From Gemmatimonadota bacterium (lineage in GTDB: Bacteria > Gemmatimonadota > Gemmatimonadetes > Longimicrobiales > Gaopeijiaceae): DNA of 64,000 bases. The notes beneath the pieces were generated by a model. It worked only from the letters and a program-made list of their open reading frames with translations, did not search any database and was not told the DNA's origin. This document shows positions 36,098 through 44,799 of the stretch, in pieces; position 1 is the first letter of the stretch; each line of letters opens with the position of its first letter. A program made the position numbers and the translations under genes. The stretch is from the NCBI GenBank assembly GCA_039589315.1, contig JBDHHQ010000036.1, positions 1 to 64,000 on the forward strand. The letters are read 5' to 3'.

Positions 36098-36421
36098 TCA
36101 GGCCTCGGGGTGTAAGGAGCAGCGAGCCGCCGAGCACGCGCCCCCGTGTCCCATGTAGTAGAGAAGGAGCGTGGATGCAGGCACGAAGTCGAAGTGCGGT
36201 GCCCGGTCCTCCTCGACGTAGGTGACCGAGATCGCCGGACCGTTCTCGTCCATGTCGGTGCCATAGAGCCAGACCCACACCCGGTGGGCCCGGCCCCGGG
36301 CCTGAACGGCCCAGGCCTCGCCGATGAGGCGAAGCGATTCCCGCTCGATGGAGCCGCTGACGCGGACCTTGATGCCAAGGCCGGAATCGTCAAGAACTTC
36401 AGAGATGAGCTCTGTATGCAT
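36098..36421 (-). CDS. Hypothetical protein (107 aa)
   Basis: MHTELISEVLDD...; globular-looking composition, fills the gap between the GDPD and ECF genes, no recognised motif. Confidence 0.5.
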   Translation of the reverse strand: MHTELISEVLDDSGLGIKVRVSGSIERESLRLIGEAWAVQARGRAHRVWVWLYGTDMDENGPAISVTYVEEDRAPHFDFVPASTLLLYYMGHGGACSAARCSLHPEA

Positions 36422-36527
36422 GAGTCCAGGATCAGGGTCCCTACACCTAATAGGTTCGGACCCTCGGCCCGATCGCTGAAGCTCGGCCCCTCCGGCGGGG
36501 CCACCTGGATCCCGGCGTGCGAAGCCG

Positions 36528-36558
36528 TTCCAACGTCTGGCCCGTTTGCCTCGTCCAA
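36528..36558 (+). promoter_or_regulatory. Candidate ECF autoregulatory promoter
   Basis: TTCCAAC-N17-CGTCCAA fits the AAC...CGT pattern of ECF promoters; directly upstream of the ECF gene. Confidence 0.5.
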
Positions 36559-36632
36559 CCAGATGAACCGAGAAATCGACCCGGGGATGACCTCTGGAAG
36601 CCAGCACAGCCGACGCGAGGCCGCGGATTGAC

Positions 36633-37136
36633 GTGACAGACGCGGTGCTTGCAGCGAACGGAGACGCCGAGGCGTTCGAGCGCCTGTACCGCGCCCATGT
36701 GGCGCGGGTGCACTCTCTCGCCCGCCGCATGGCTGGCGACGACGCGGCGGATGACCTGACGCAGGAGGTCTTCATACGGGCGTGGCGTAAGCTGGGGACC
36801 TTCAAGGGGTCGTCGAGCTTCGGCACCTGGCTGCACCGGCTTGCAGTGAACCTGATTCTGTCGAGACGAACGACGTTGGCCCGCCATCGGGAGCGTCACG
36901 TGGATGTGGAGGGAATCCTGGAGCGTGTGAGCGGACGGCAGGAGTTGCCCGGCTTCGCCATGGACTTCGAGGCGGCATTGAGCCGTCTGCCCGACGGGGC
37001 CCGGCAGGTGTTCGTGCTCTACGACGTGGAGGGCTACTCCCATGACGAGATTGCCGCAGCCATGGGGATCAGCACCGGGACGTCGAAGTCACAGCTTCAC
37101 CGGGCGCGTATGCTCCTCAGGAACCACCTGAACTAG
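36633..37136 (+). CDS. ECF RNA polymerase sigma factor
   Basis: GDAEAFERLY, DDLTQEVF, F.TWL.R, LP...R.VFVL, EIA..MG...GT.KS.LHRAR. Confidence 0.95.
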   Translation: MTDAVLAANGDAEAFERLYRAHVARVHSLARRMAGDDAADDLTQEVFIRAWRKLGTFKGSSSFGTWLHRLAVNLILSRRTTLARHRERHVDVEGILERVSGRQELPGFAMDFEAALSRLPDGARQVFVLYDVEGYSHDEIAAAMGISTGTSKSQLHRARMLLRNHLN

Positions 37137-37145
37137 AGGCCGCAG

Positions 37146-37874
37146 ATGAAGCACGAGTGGACGGACCGTCTTTCGGACTACCTCGACGGTCATCTGGCCG
37201 AAGACGAGGCGGTCCGGGTCGAGCGTCACGTCGAGGAGTGCGCGGAGTGCAGCGCGACGTTGGAGCAACTCCGCGCCGTCGTCCAGCGGGCCCGGCGCCT
37301 CAGCGACCGGGAGCCGAGCCGAGAGCTCTGGCGCGGTATCCGCGAGGGCATCGCCCCGGACACGAAGGCACCGGATGTGATCGACCTCGTGAGCCGCCGG
37401 GAGATCGACGGCTGGCCGGCCGGGCGCCGCGTAGTCCGGCTCACCATTCCGCAGCTCGTGGCTGCCGGCCTGGCTCTCGCACTGGCTTCGGGGACCGGCG
37501 CCTGGCTCCTCCTCCCCGAGGTGCCCCTGGCGTCCGGCTCCGCAACGCCGGAGATCGGCCAGGCGGTGCCGGCGCTCCGCACCGCCGCTGGCGAGCCGTC
37601 GTCCGCGGACGTGGCGACGGGGGATGCGACGCAAACGGACGAGTTGGGCGAGCTGGAGGAGCTCCTGGCCCGGCATCGCTCGGAGCTCGCCCCGCATACG
37701 GTGCGCATCCTGGAGAAGAACCTCGCGGCCATCGATCGGGCGATCGAGGATTCTCGCCGGGCGCTGGCCGTAGATCCGGGCAACACCTTCCTGGAGGGCC
37801 ATCTGGAGCGGGCTCGCCAGCGCAAGCTCGAGTACCTCCGTGACGCCTCGGTGGCGTTCCAATGGTCCAGCTGA
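37146..37874 (+). CDS. Zinc-binding (zf-HC2/ZAS) anti-sigma factor
   Basis: LSDYLDG, HVEECAEC (HxxxCxxC), one TM helix, helical C-terminal domain. Confidence 0.9.
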   Translation: MKHEWTDRLSDYLDGHLAEDEAVRVERHVEECAECSATLEQLRAVVQRARRLSDREPSRELWRGIREGIAPDTKAPDVIDLVSRREIDGWPAGRRVVRLTIPQLVAAGLALALASGTGAWLLLPEVPLASGSATPEIGQAVPALRTAAGEPSSADVATGDATQTDELGELEELLARHRSELAPHTVRILEKNLAAIDRAIEDSRRALAVDPGNTFLEGHLERARQRKLEYLRDASVAFQWSS

Positions 37875-38749
37875 CGCCCCTCCTGGTTCTGGCGCTGGCG
37901 TCCGTAGGCCCGTCCGCGGCCGCGCCCGATCCCGTGATCGCGGCAGGCTCGGCGGCCCCGGCGGACACGACCGTCACCGTCACCCGGGGTGACCGCTTGG
38001 TCCTGCAAAACCTCTCGGGGCGGGTCTCCGTAGAGACGTGGGGACGAGACGAGGTGCGTGTGGTCTCCAACGGGGGCGACGAAGCCGGGGTGCGTGTCGA
38101 CCGACGAACCGGCGCGGTGCAGGTGCGCCCCGATCGGCGCTACGAGGGAGACCGTGAGCGGTACGTGGTCACGGTGCCGGAGTGGATCTCGATCGACGTG
38201 CGGGGGCACGAGTTGGACGCCTCGATCCGTGGCGTGAACGGAGGCGTGTCGGTCAGGACGGTCGAGGGCGACGTCGAGGTGTCCGACGCTCGGGGCCCGG
38301 TGTCCGCTCGGTCGGTCGAGGGGACGGTAACCGTGGAAGACGTGGACGGGCCGGTAACGGCCGCGTCGGGCGACGACGACATCTTCGTCCGCCGGGTGAG
38401 GGGTCCCGTGGTCGCACAGACGGTCGACGGGGACGTCGTGCTCGATGACGTCTCCGGGGCGACAGTGGAGGGGGGCACGGTAGATGGGAGCATCTACTTC
38501 TCGGGTGCCCTGGCATCCCGAGGGGAATACAGGCTGGTCACCCACGACGGCGACGTAACGGTGGCGCTCTCGCCGCCGGTGAGCGCGTCGGTCGTGGTGT
38601 CGACCTTCGACGGCGACTTCGAGTCCGACTTCGCCGTGACCATGGAGCGATTCGCCGCAGGGAAGGAGCTCCGCTTCACGCTGGGGGACGGCGGCGCGAA
38701 GCTCTTCCTCGAGGCATTCGACGGCAACATCAGGCTGCGCCGCCGCTGA
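37862..38749 (+). CDS. DUF4097 beta-repeat exported protein 1
   Basis: Signal peptide; repeats TVEGDV/SVEGTV/TVDGDV/THDGDV; ends FDGNIRL. Confidence 0.85.
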   Translation: MVQLTPLLVLALASVGPSAAAPDPVIAAGSAAPADTTVTVTRGDRLVLQNLSGRVSVETWGRDEVRVVSNGGDEAGVRVDRRTGAVQVRPDRRYEGDRERYVVTVPEWISIDVRGHELDASIRGVNGGVSVRTVEGDVEVSDARGPVSARSVEGTVTVEDVDGPVTAASGDDDIFVRRVRGPVVAQTVDGDVVLDDVSGATVEGGTVDGSIYFSGALASRGEYRLVTHDGDVTVALSPPVSASVVVSTFDGDFESDFAVTMERFAAGKELRFTLGDGGAKLFLEAFDGNIRLRRR

Positions 38750-38788
38750 CGCCGGTAGGGGCGCGATACAACTCGCACGGGAGGAACG

Positions 38789-39718
38789 ATGAAGAGGTTC
38801 GGGAAACTGGCACTCGTGGCCGCGGTGGCTCTGGTGGCGCTGGGTGTGTTCCAGGCGCGGAACGCAGACGGATCGGCCGGACACGGGTCGACCCTCGGCA
38901 AGGTTGCCCACGTGACGCAGGGCGTCGTGGAGCGAACGGTGGACCTGGTGCACTGGGCTTCGGATCAAATCTGGGGCAACGCCGAGGCGAAGGCGTCGAA
39001 CGCGTCCGCTCCATCCAGCCAGGAAGGCGAGTTCCGCTGGGAAGGCAGGGTCGATGGGGGAGACGCCATCGAGATCAAGGGCGTGAACGGTGACATCGTG
39101 GCCGAGAGGGGCAGGGGGTCGTCGGTGGAGGTGGTGGCCGAGAAGCGAGCGCGGCGGAGCGATCCCGACGAGGTGCGCATCGAGGTGGTTGAGCACAGCG
39201 GGGGCGTCACGGTATGCGCCGTGTACCCGGGCCGGGACAACCGTTGTGAGCCCGGCGACGGTGGCAAGAACAGCGTCCGCAACAACGACGTCCAGGTCAC
39301 CTTCCACGTACGCGTTCCGGAGGGAGTGGACTTCCATGGACGGACCGTGAACGGAGACGTTCGAGCCGCGGACCTCGCGTCCGACGTGGCGGCAGCCACG
39401 GTCAACGGTGGGCTCGAGCTGTCCACCTCCGGGTCCGTGGCGGCACAGACCGTCAACGGTTCGATCCGCGCCGTCATGGACAGCCATGATTGGGATGGCA
39501 CCCTGGAGTTCGAGACGGTCAACGGCAGCATCTCGCTGGACGTCCCCGATGACCTCGACGCCGACGTCGAGGCGTCCTGGGTCAACGGAGGTCTGGAGAC
39601 CGACCTGCCGTTCACCGTCCAGGGCCGCATGTCCCGACGGCACGCCGTGGGAGCCCTGGGCGCGGGAGGGCCTGACATCGAGCTGACGACCGTGAACGGG
39701 TCGATTCGCATTCGCTGA
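38789..39718 (+). CDS. DUF4097 beta-repeat exported protein 2
   Basis: Signal/anchor sequence; repeated TVNG motif; ends TVNGSIRIR. Confidence 0.85.
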   Translation: MKRFGKLALVAAVALVALGVFQARNADGSAGHGSTLGKVAHVTQGVVERTVDLVHWASDQIWGNAEAKASNASAPSSQEGEFRWEGRVDGGDAIEIKGVNGDIVAERGRGSSVEVVAEKRARRSDPDEVRIEVVEHSGGVTVCAVYPGRDNRCEPGDGGKNSVRNNDVQVTFHVRVPEGVDFHGRTVNGDVRAADLASDVAAATVNGGLELSTSGSVAAQTVNGSIRAVMDSHDWDGTLEFETVNGSISLDVPDDLDADVEASWVNGGLETDLPFTVQGRMSRRHAVGALGAGGPDIELTTVNGSIRIR

Positions 39719-39757
39719 TCAGAGCGAGACACACATACAAACAGGGGTGAGACACAT

Positions 39758-40792
39758 ATGAACGTGAGAAACGCGGGATTCGTCGCGCTCGCCGCCGCGC
39801 TGGCCGCGTCGGGGTTGGCGGGCCAGGAGTCGTACGAGCTGGGCGGGACCGACGTATCCATCTACAACCTGGCTGGAGAGGTGGAGGTGGTGGGTGGTTC
39901 CGGCTCCGACGTGGTCGTGGAAGTGACCCGGGGCGGCTCCGACGCCCAGCAGCTGAGCGTGGAGGTGGACCGGATCGACGGCCGCGAAACGCTGCGGGTC
40001 ATCTACCCCTCCGACCGGGTCGTCTATGACACTCGGGGCTGGAGCGGCAGCACCCAGCTCCAGGTCCGGGACGACGGCACGTTCGGCGGCCGCGGCGGCG
40101 ATCGGGTGGAGGTATCCGGGTCTGGTCGAGGTCTGGAAGCGCATGCCGACCTTCGGATCACGGTTCCAGCCGGCAAGGACGTCCGCGTGTATCTGGCCGC
40201 CGGAGAGATTCAGGCGGTGGACGTCGCATCCGATCTGCGGCTGGACACCCACTCCGGCGCAGTCGAGGCCAGGAGCATCCGGGGTGACCTGATCGTGGAC
40301 ACCGGATCGGGGAGCGTAGTCGTGGAGGACATCACCGGCGCCGTGATCGTGGATACGGGATCGGGGAGCGTGGAGCTCCGGCGCGTGGACGGCGGAACCG
40401 TGAGCGTCGACACCGGGTCGGGCGGAGTGCGGGGATCCGACCTCACCGCCGGCTCGGTGAGCGTCGACACCGGCTCGGGGAGCGTCGAGCTGAGCGGCGT
40501 CGGCTCCGCGGATGTGTACGTGGACACGGGTAGCGGCAGCGTCGAGGTGGAGCTCCTTCAGGACATCGACCGCCTGGAGGTGGATACGGGCTCTGGCTCG
40601 GTTACCGTCCGCATGCCCGCCGACGTCGGAGCGACCGTCGAGGTGGAGACGGGAAGCGGCGGCATCGACGTGGACCTGCCGATTCAAATCCGCAGCGTAC
40701 GGCGGGACTACCTGCGTGGCGTGATCGGCGACGGTCAGGGAACCATCGTCATCGACACGGGCTCCGGGGGCATCGAGCTCCTCCGCAACTGA
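39758..40792 (+). CDS. DUF4097 beta-repeat exported protein 3
   Basis: Signal peptide; nine VDTGSGSV-like repeats, mostly 19-22 aa apart. Confidence 0.87.
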   Translation: MNVRNAGFVALAAALAASGLAGQESYELGGTDVSIYNLAGEVEVVGGSGSDVVVEVTRGGSDAQQLSVEVDRIDGRETLRVIYPSDRVVYDTRGWSGSTQLQVRDDGTFGGRGGDRVEVSGSGRGLEAHADLRITVPAGKDVRVYLAAGEIQAVDVASDLRLDTHSGAVEARSIRGDLIVDTGSGSVVVEDITGAVIVDTGSGSVELRRVDGGTVSVDTGSGGVRGSDLTAGSVSVDTGSGSVELSGVGSADVYVDTGSGSVEVELLQDIDRLEVDTGSGSVTVRMPADVGATVEVETGSGGIDVDLPIQIRSVRRDYLRGVIGDGQGTIVIDTGSGGIELLRN

Positions 40793-40810
40793 GCGGCACC
40801 CACCCAGGCG

Positions 40811-40852
40811 CGAATCAGGGGGCCCGGCGACGACGCCGGGCCCCCTGATTCG
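40811..40852. terminator. Perfect 19-bp inverted repeat closing the ECF operon
   Basis: CGAATCAGGGGGCCCGGCG-ACGA-CGCCGGGCCCCCTGATTCG followed by TTAT. Confidence 0.75.
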
Positions 40853-40938
40853 TTATGGGCGCCTCTTGATTTCACGGCTCACGGAGGGAGAATAGGTCCC
40901 CTATCCGTGATCGTCACTCAGCAGAGGGCAGACATTCC

Positions 40939-41361
40939 ATGGTCGTGCAGGACGTCGAGTTCAACTTCCGTCATCCGGTCGAGGTCCGGTTCCGTGACAT
41001 CGACATGGGCGGTCATGCCCATCACGGCCAGGCGCTCATCTACATGGAGGAAGCCCGCGCCGCGTATTGGAGGACCGTCGTGGGTCGCCCGGGCCTGGAC
41101 GACATCGACTACGTCCTTGCCGAGGTCACGGTCCGGTACCACCAGCGCGTATTGTGGCCGGACACGCTGGACGTGGGCGTCCGGGTGACGCGCATGGGTC
41201 GGAAGCACTTCGAGATGACCTACGAGGTGCGGTCCCCCGAGAGAGGCCGCTTGGTCACGGGTCACACGACGCAGGTCATGTACGACTACGACGCTGGCAA
41301 GTCCAAACGGATCTCCGCCGAGACGCGCGCCCGCATCGGAAGCTTCGACGGCCCCTTCTGA
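40939..41361 (+). CDS. Acyl-CoA thioesterase (4HBT/YbgC hot-dog fold)
   Basis: VRFRDIDMGGHAHH, YMEEAR. Confidence 0.88.
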   Translation: MVVQDVEFNFRHPVEVRFRDIDMGGHAHHGQALIYMEEARAAYWRTVVGRPGLDDIDYVLAEVTVRYHQRVLWPDTLDVGVRVTRMGRKHFEMTYEVRSPERGRLVTGHTTQVMYDYDAGKSKRISAETRARIGSFDGPF

Positions 41362-41804
41362 GCCTCGGGCAGGAGCGGCGCGAGAGCTCGCGGCCAGAGC
41401 CGCTCGGGACACGGACCGTAGAGGCCGATCCCCCGCCTTACCTGCTCGAGCGGGCCCCGGCTGTAAGAATCTCCCCCTGCCGGCGCATAGACACCCTGAG
41501 GCCGTGGGTCTCGGTCGGTCCCTTGAGGGTTGACGCCAGGCCCGGGACGCTGTACATGGACTCGGTCCGCCAGTCCGGCAGAGCGAGATCGCACGGGCCG
41601 CACCGGTGGCTCCGGGTCAGGGACCCTGCTGCGCGGAGGCAACAGGACGTGCAGGATCACGACAGAAACACGTGACCCGAGCTCCCGCCGATGAGCGGGA
41701 TCTTTCGGCAGACGGGCGATGTAAGAATACAGCGACGACGCGGGGCCAGTTGGCCCGCGCCATGCAGGAGCACTCTCGGACGCTCCCGACGAAATCAATC
41801 CCGG

Positions 41805-41834
41805 TTGACCCTTTGGCCGGGATATGCATAAATT
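41805..41834 (+). promoter_or_regulatory. Candidate sigma70 promoter for the TPR gene
   Basis: TTGACC-N18-TAAATT in an AT-rich patch. Confidence 0.4.
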
Positions 41835-41958
41835 CTCAAGCTTAGCAAGTATTCTTTTCGGCCCGGGCCAAAGCGCTCGCGGGTAAGTGCGAAACCGTGT
41901 TGGAATAGGCCCCCCGGGCCTTGGACTCCGCACAGGTCCAACTTCAGGAGACTGGAAG

Positions 41959-43707
41959 ATGATCGGACGGCTGATGAAGGGCACGCTGGCCTTGATAGCG
42001 GCCCTCCTCGTGATTCCTGTCGCGCCAACGGGCGGTCAGGCGCAGGAGCAGGAGGTCACCGGACGTTTCCGCGTGTTGGTGCCCAACCTCGAGAGGCTGG
42101 ACGAGCAAGCCGACAAGAACTTCGGTAAGGACGTGGCGAAGGAGTTCCGGGAGCTCATCGACGATCTCGCTACGCACCAGCCAGTCGAAGAGAGGGAGGC
42201 CAAGGACGCGGCCAAGAAGTTCAAGCTCGACTATGACGAGCTCACCTGCATCCAGACCCGACAGCTGGCCAGCCAGATCAACGCCCAGCTGGTCATGTGC
42301 GGCACCTACGGCCAGACCGGGACAGAGTACGCGGTCGACGCCACCTTCATCTCCGTGGCCAACGGCGAGAGCTTCGACGTGGAGCAGTTCACGGTGCCGG
42401 AGAAGGACAAAGAGGCCGCCGCCCAGTCCATCTTCGAGTCGTTCGACCTGCTCGTGCAGCAGACGCGCTTCGCCGCTTTCTGCGGCGACTACGCCACCTC
42501 CCAGCAGTGGGACAACGCTCTCACGAACTGCGACCGGGCCATCGAGCTTTCGCCTGGCGCCGTCAGCGCCCGGTACACGCGAGCCCGGGTGCTGATGGAG
42601 CTGGACCGGATGGAGGAGGCCTACGAGGAGCTCGGTCAGGTTATCGAGTTGAACCCGATCCACGAGAACGCGCTCCAGACCTCCGGGTTCGTGGCGATCC
42701 AGCTCGGCCGGATCGACGAGTCGCGGGCCCACTACAACAGCTACCTCGAGCTGAATCCCGGCAACTCGCAGGTGCGGATGCACGTGGCCTATGAGCTCGC
42801 CCAGGAAGGCGATCCGGCCGGCGCGATGATGATGATCGAGGAGGGCTTGAACCTCGAGCCGGACAACATCGAGCTCCAGAAGCAGCACGGGAACTTCGCG
42901 TTCGCCGCGGCAACGCAGGCCATGGGCGACCAACCGGCTGCCGAGGACGCGGAGCTAGCCCCGGAGGTGGTGGAGCTCTACAACAAAGCGCTCGTGTCGT
43001 TCGAAGCGGTCTACGCGGCCGAAGGTGCGGACATGAACGCGTCTCAGGTCCGCAACATGGTGGCCGCCAACATGCAGCTCGGCCGCATGGACGAGTCGCT
43101 GGGCCTGGCCGAGCGGGCGCTCCAGACCCACGCCGAAGAGGGAGCCCTCTGGTCGATCTACGCAGATGCCCTGGGTCGGGCCGGTCGCATCGACGAGGCC
43201 ATCGACGCCCTGGACGAGTTGAAGGCCATCGATCCGGACTACCCCAACGTCTCCGTGCGTCAGGGCCGCTGGCTCCTGGACGAAGGCCGGGTGGAGGAGG
43301 CCCTCCCCAGGCTCAAGGAGGCCGCAGAGCGGGGTGAGCAGCCCGTGGACGTGGTGGCCGGTCTGGTGTTCAGCCGGGGCTACTCCGAGGGCGTGCAGCA
43401 GAACGACTTCCGCTATGCGCAGGAGATGTTCATCGCCGCCAAGACCTTCGACGTCAGCGACCGGATGAAGGCTCAGCTGGACTTCTGGCATGGCTTCGCC
43501 CTGTACAACAGGGGTCGGATCACTCAGGAATCCCAGACGCTGGAGACGGCGCAGCAGACGTTGCCCCTGTTCCAGCAGGCGATGACGCTGTTCCGGGCGG
43601 GCGCTACCTACGCCAACGAGCAGCCGTCCATCAATCTGCAGCAGTTCCTGGACGCCACCAGCACCTACATCGAGATCCAAGAGGCGATCATCAAGCGAGG
43701 GCGCTGA
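41959..43707 (+). CDS. Exported tetratricopeptide repeat protein
   Basis: AGGAG RBS, signal peptide, N-terminal alpha/beta (TolB-N/CsgG-like) region, TPR units (AIELSP, VIELNP, YLELNP, KAIDP). Confidence 0.85.
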   Translation: MIGRLMKGTLALIAALLVIPVAPTGGQAQEQEVTGRFRVLVPNLERLDEQADKNFGKDVAKEFRELIDDLATHQPVEEREAKDAAKKFKLDYDELTCIQTRQLASQINAQLVMCGTYGQTGTEYAVDATFISVANGESFDVEQFTVPEKDKEAAAQSIFESFDLLVQQTRFAAFCGDYATSQQWDNALTNCDRAIELSPGAVSARYTRARVLMELDRMEEAYEELGQVIELNPIHENALQTSGFVAIQLGRIDESRAHYNSYLELNPGNSQVRMHVAYELAQEGDPAGAMMMIEEGLNLEPDNIELQKQHGNFAFAAATQAMGDQPAAEDAELAPEVVELYNKALVSFEAVYAAEGADMNASQVRNMVAANMQLGRMDESLGLAERALQTHAEEGALWSIYADALGRAGRIDEAIDALDELKAIDPDYPNVSVRQGRWLLDEGRVEEALPRLKEAAERGEQPVDVVAGLVFSRGYSEGVQQNDFRYAQEMFIAAKTFDVSDRMKAQLDFWHGFALYNRGRITQESQTLETAQQTLPLFQQAMTLFRAGATYANEQPSINLQQFLDATSTYIEIQEAIIKRGR

Positions 43708-44268
43708 TCGCCCCCTGGGTCTCCAGCCACCGAAGGCGCCGCGGGGATTTACCTCGCGGCGCCTTCGCATTGCCCCCCACTTATGTGGTGGTGCTGCAAG
43801 AGTCGTGATGCTATTCGAGAGCCACTGCATCCCGCCCGGCGGCGTTGCGGTTCCTCGCAACAGCGCTGCCATTACTCGTCTCCGCGCCTTGCCGGCTCGG
43901 GCGCATCGGCCCCCTCGGTAGCTACCAGACTTCTGCAGTACCACACTAGCTTGCGACATGCCCGGTCTTCCCTGTGGGGCTCGGTGAGGTCAGCAAGCTG
44001 CCGCCCCACCGCAGCTCCTCCCCGGCTCATCCCTCGAATCCCGGCTCCCCCGGCGACCCATTTGGAGGCGAGTCGGGAGTGGGGAAGGGTGGGGAGCACG
44101 CGCGCGACGTGACCCATGACCCGAAAATTTCCCGAAATACCCCCTCGAGTCCTGTCGGCAGGTGCGAGCCGGTCAGGCTGGAAACCCACAGAATAACAGC
44201 AAGAGGGGCCGAATCCGGACCTCGGCAGGCGAATTCGCGCGGTCCTCGTTTTTCTTGAAAATGGATCC

Positions 44269-44335
44269 TTGACGTCGGCGGGGTCGCGTCCCATCTTGGG
44301 GACCATGGTGGCAAAAAGTGGGGAAGTGTGGGTAA
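44269..44335 (+). promoter_or_regulatory. dcw promoter with MraZ-binding repeats
   Basis: TTGACG-N17-CATCTT, then GTGG at 44308, 44318 and 44328 (10-nt period). Confidence 0.7.
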
Positions 44336-44364
44336 GCTGACTAAACGGTGGGCGATCGGGGGCC

Positions 44365-44796
44365 GTGAGCGGATTCTTCGGCAGATACGACTACCAGATG
44401 GATGGGAAGGGGCGCGTCAGCCTCCCGTCGGCATTTCGTCGGGCGGCTGGCAGTGAGCGCTTCGTCCTGCTCCAATGGCAGCCGCCTGCCCTGACACTTC
44501 TGCCCGAGGCCACCTGGGAGGGCGTCCAGAGCCGGTTGATGGACTATCGCCGGAGCCAGCCAGAGGCGTGGAACGAGGTGATGGCCATCGCCTCCCAGGC
44601 CGTGGAGGTGAAGCCCGACAAGCAGGGGCGGATCCTGGTGCCCGCCTGGCTGCAGCAGGCCGCTTCCCTGGACGGCGCCGTTCGGCTCGTCGGGAACATC
44701 GACCGCATCGAGATCTGGAACCCCGCCGCGTTCGACGCGGCCTTGAGCGAACGGACCGAAGACTTCCGTCGGTTCGCCTCCCAGATCTTCGGCTGA
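44365..44796 (+). CDS. mraZ: Transcriptional regulator MraZ
   Basis: DGKGRVSLP and DKQGRILVP, IEIW. Confidence 0.95.
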   Translation: MSGFFGRYDYQMDGKGRVSLPSAFRRAAGSERFVLLQWQPPALTLLPEATWEGVQSRLMDYRRSQPEAWNEVMAIASQAVEVKPDKQGRILVPAWLQQAASLDGAVRLVGNIDRIEIWNPAAFDAALSERTEDFRRFASQIFG

Positions 44797-44799
44797 CGC

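Noticed and set aside
37226..39643. 805-aa minus-strand ORF and similar long antisense ORFs (26495-28186, 55890-57512, 30147-31640, 13311-14780)
   Set aside because: Shadow ORFs typical of high-GC DNA opposite clearly identified genes, with no motifs
40240..40770. Repeated GTGGACAC(C/G)GG.TC.GG DNA units resembling a CRISPR array
   Set aside because: They are the coding repeats (VDTGSG) of a DUF4097 protein, vary at third positions, and there are no cas genes
41959..43707. TPR protein as the missing TadD pilotin
   Set aside because: It is 15 kb from the tad operon, much larger than TadD, and has no lipobox
43774..43791. NrdR-box-like CCCCACTTATGTGGTGG
   Set aside because: Mismatches at key positions and no ribonucleotide reductase gene nearby
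43708..44260. RNase P RNA (often upstream of mraZ)
   Set aside because: No GAGGAAAGTCC or matching 3' P4 signature was seen on either strand
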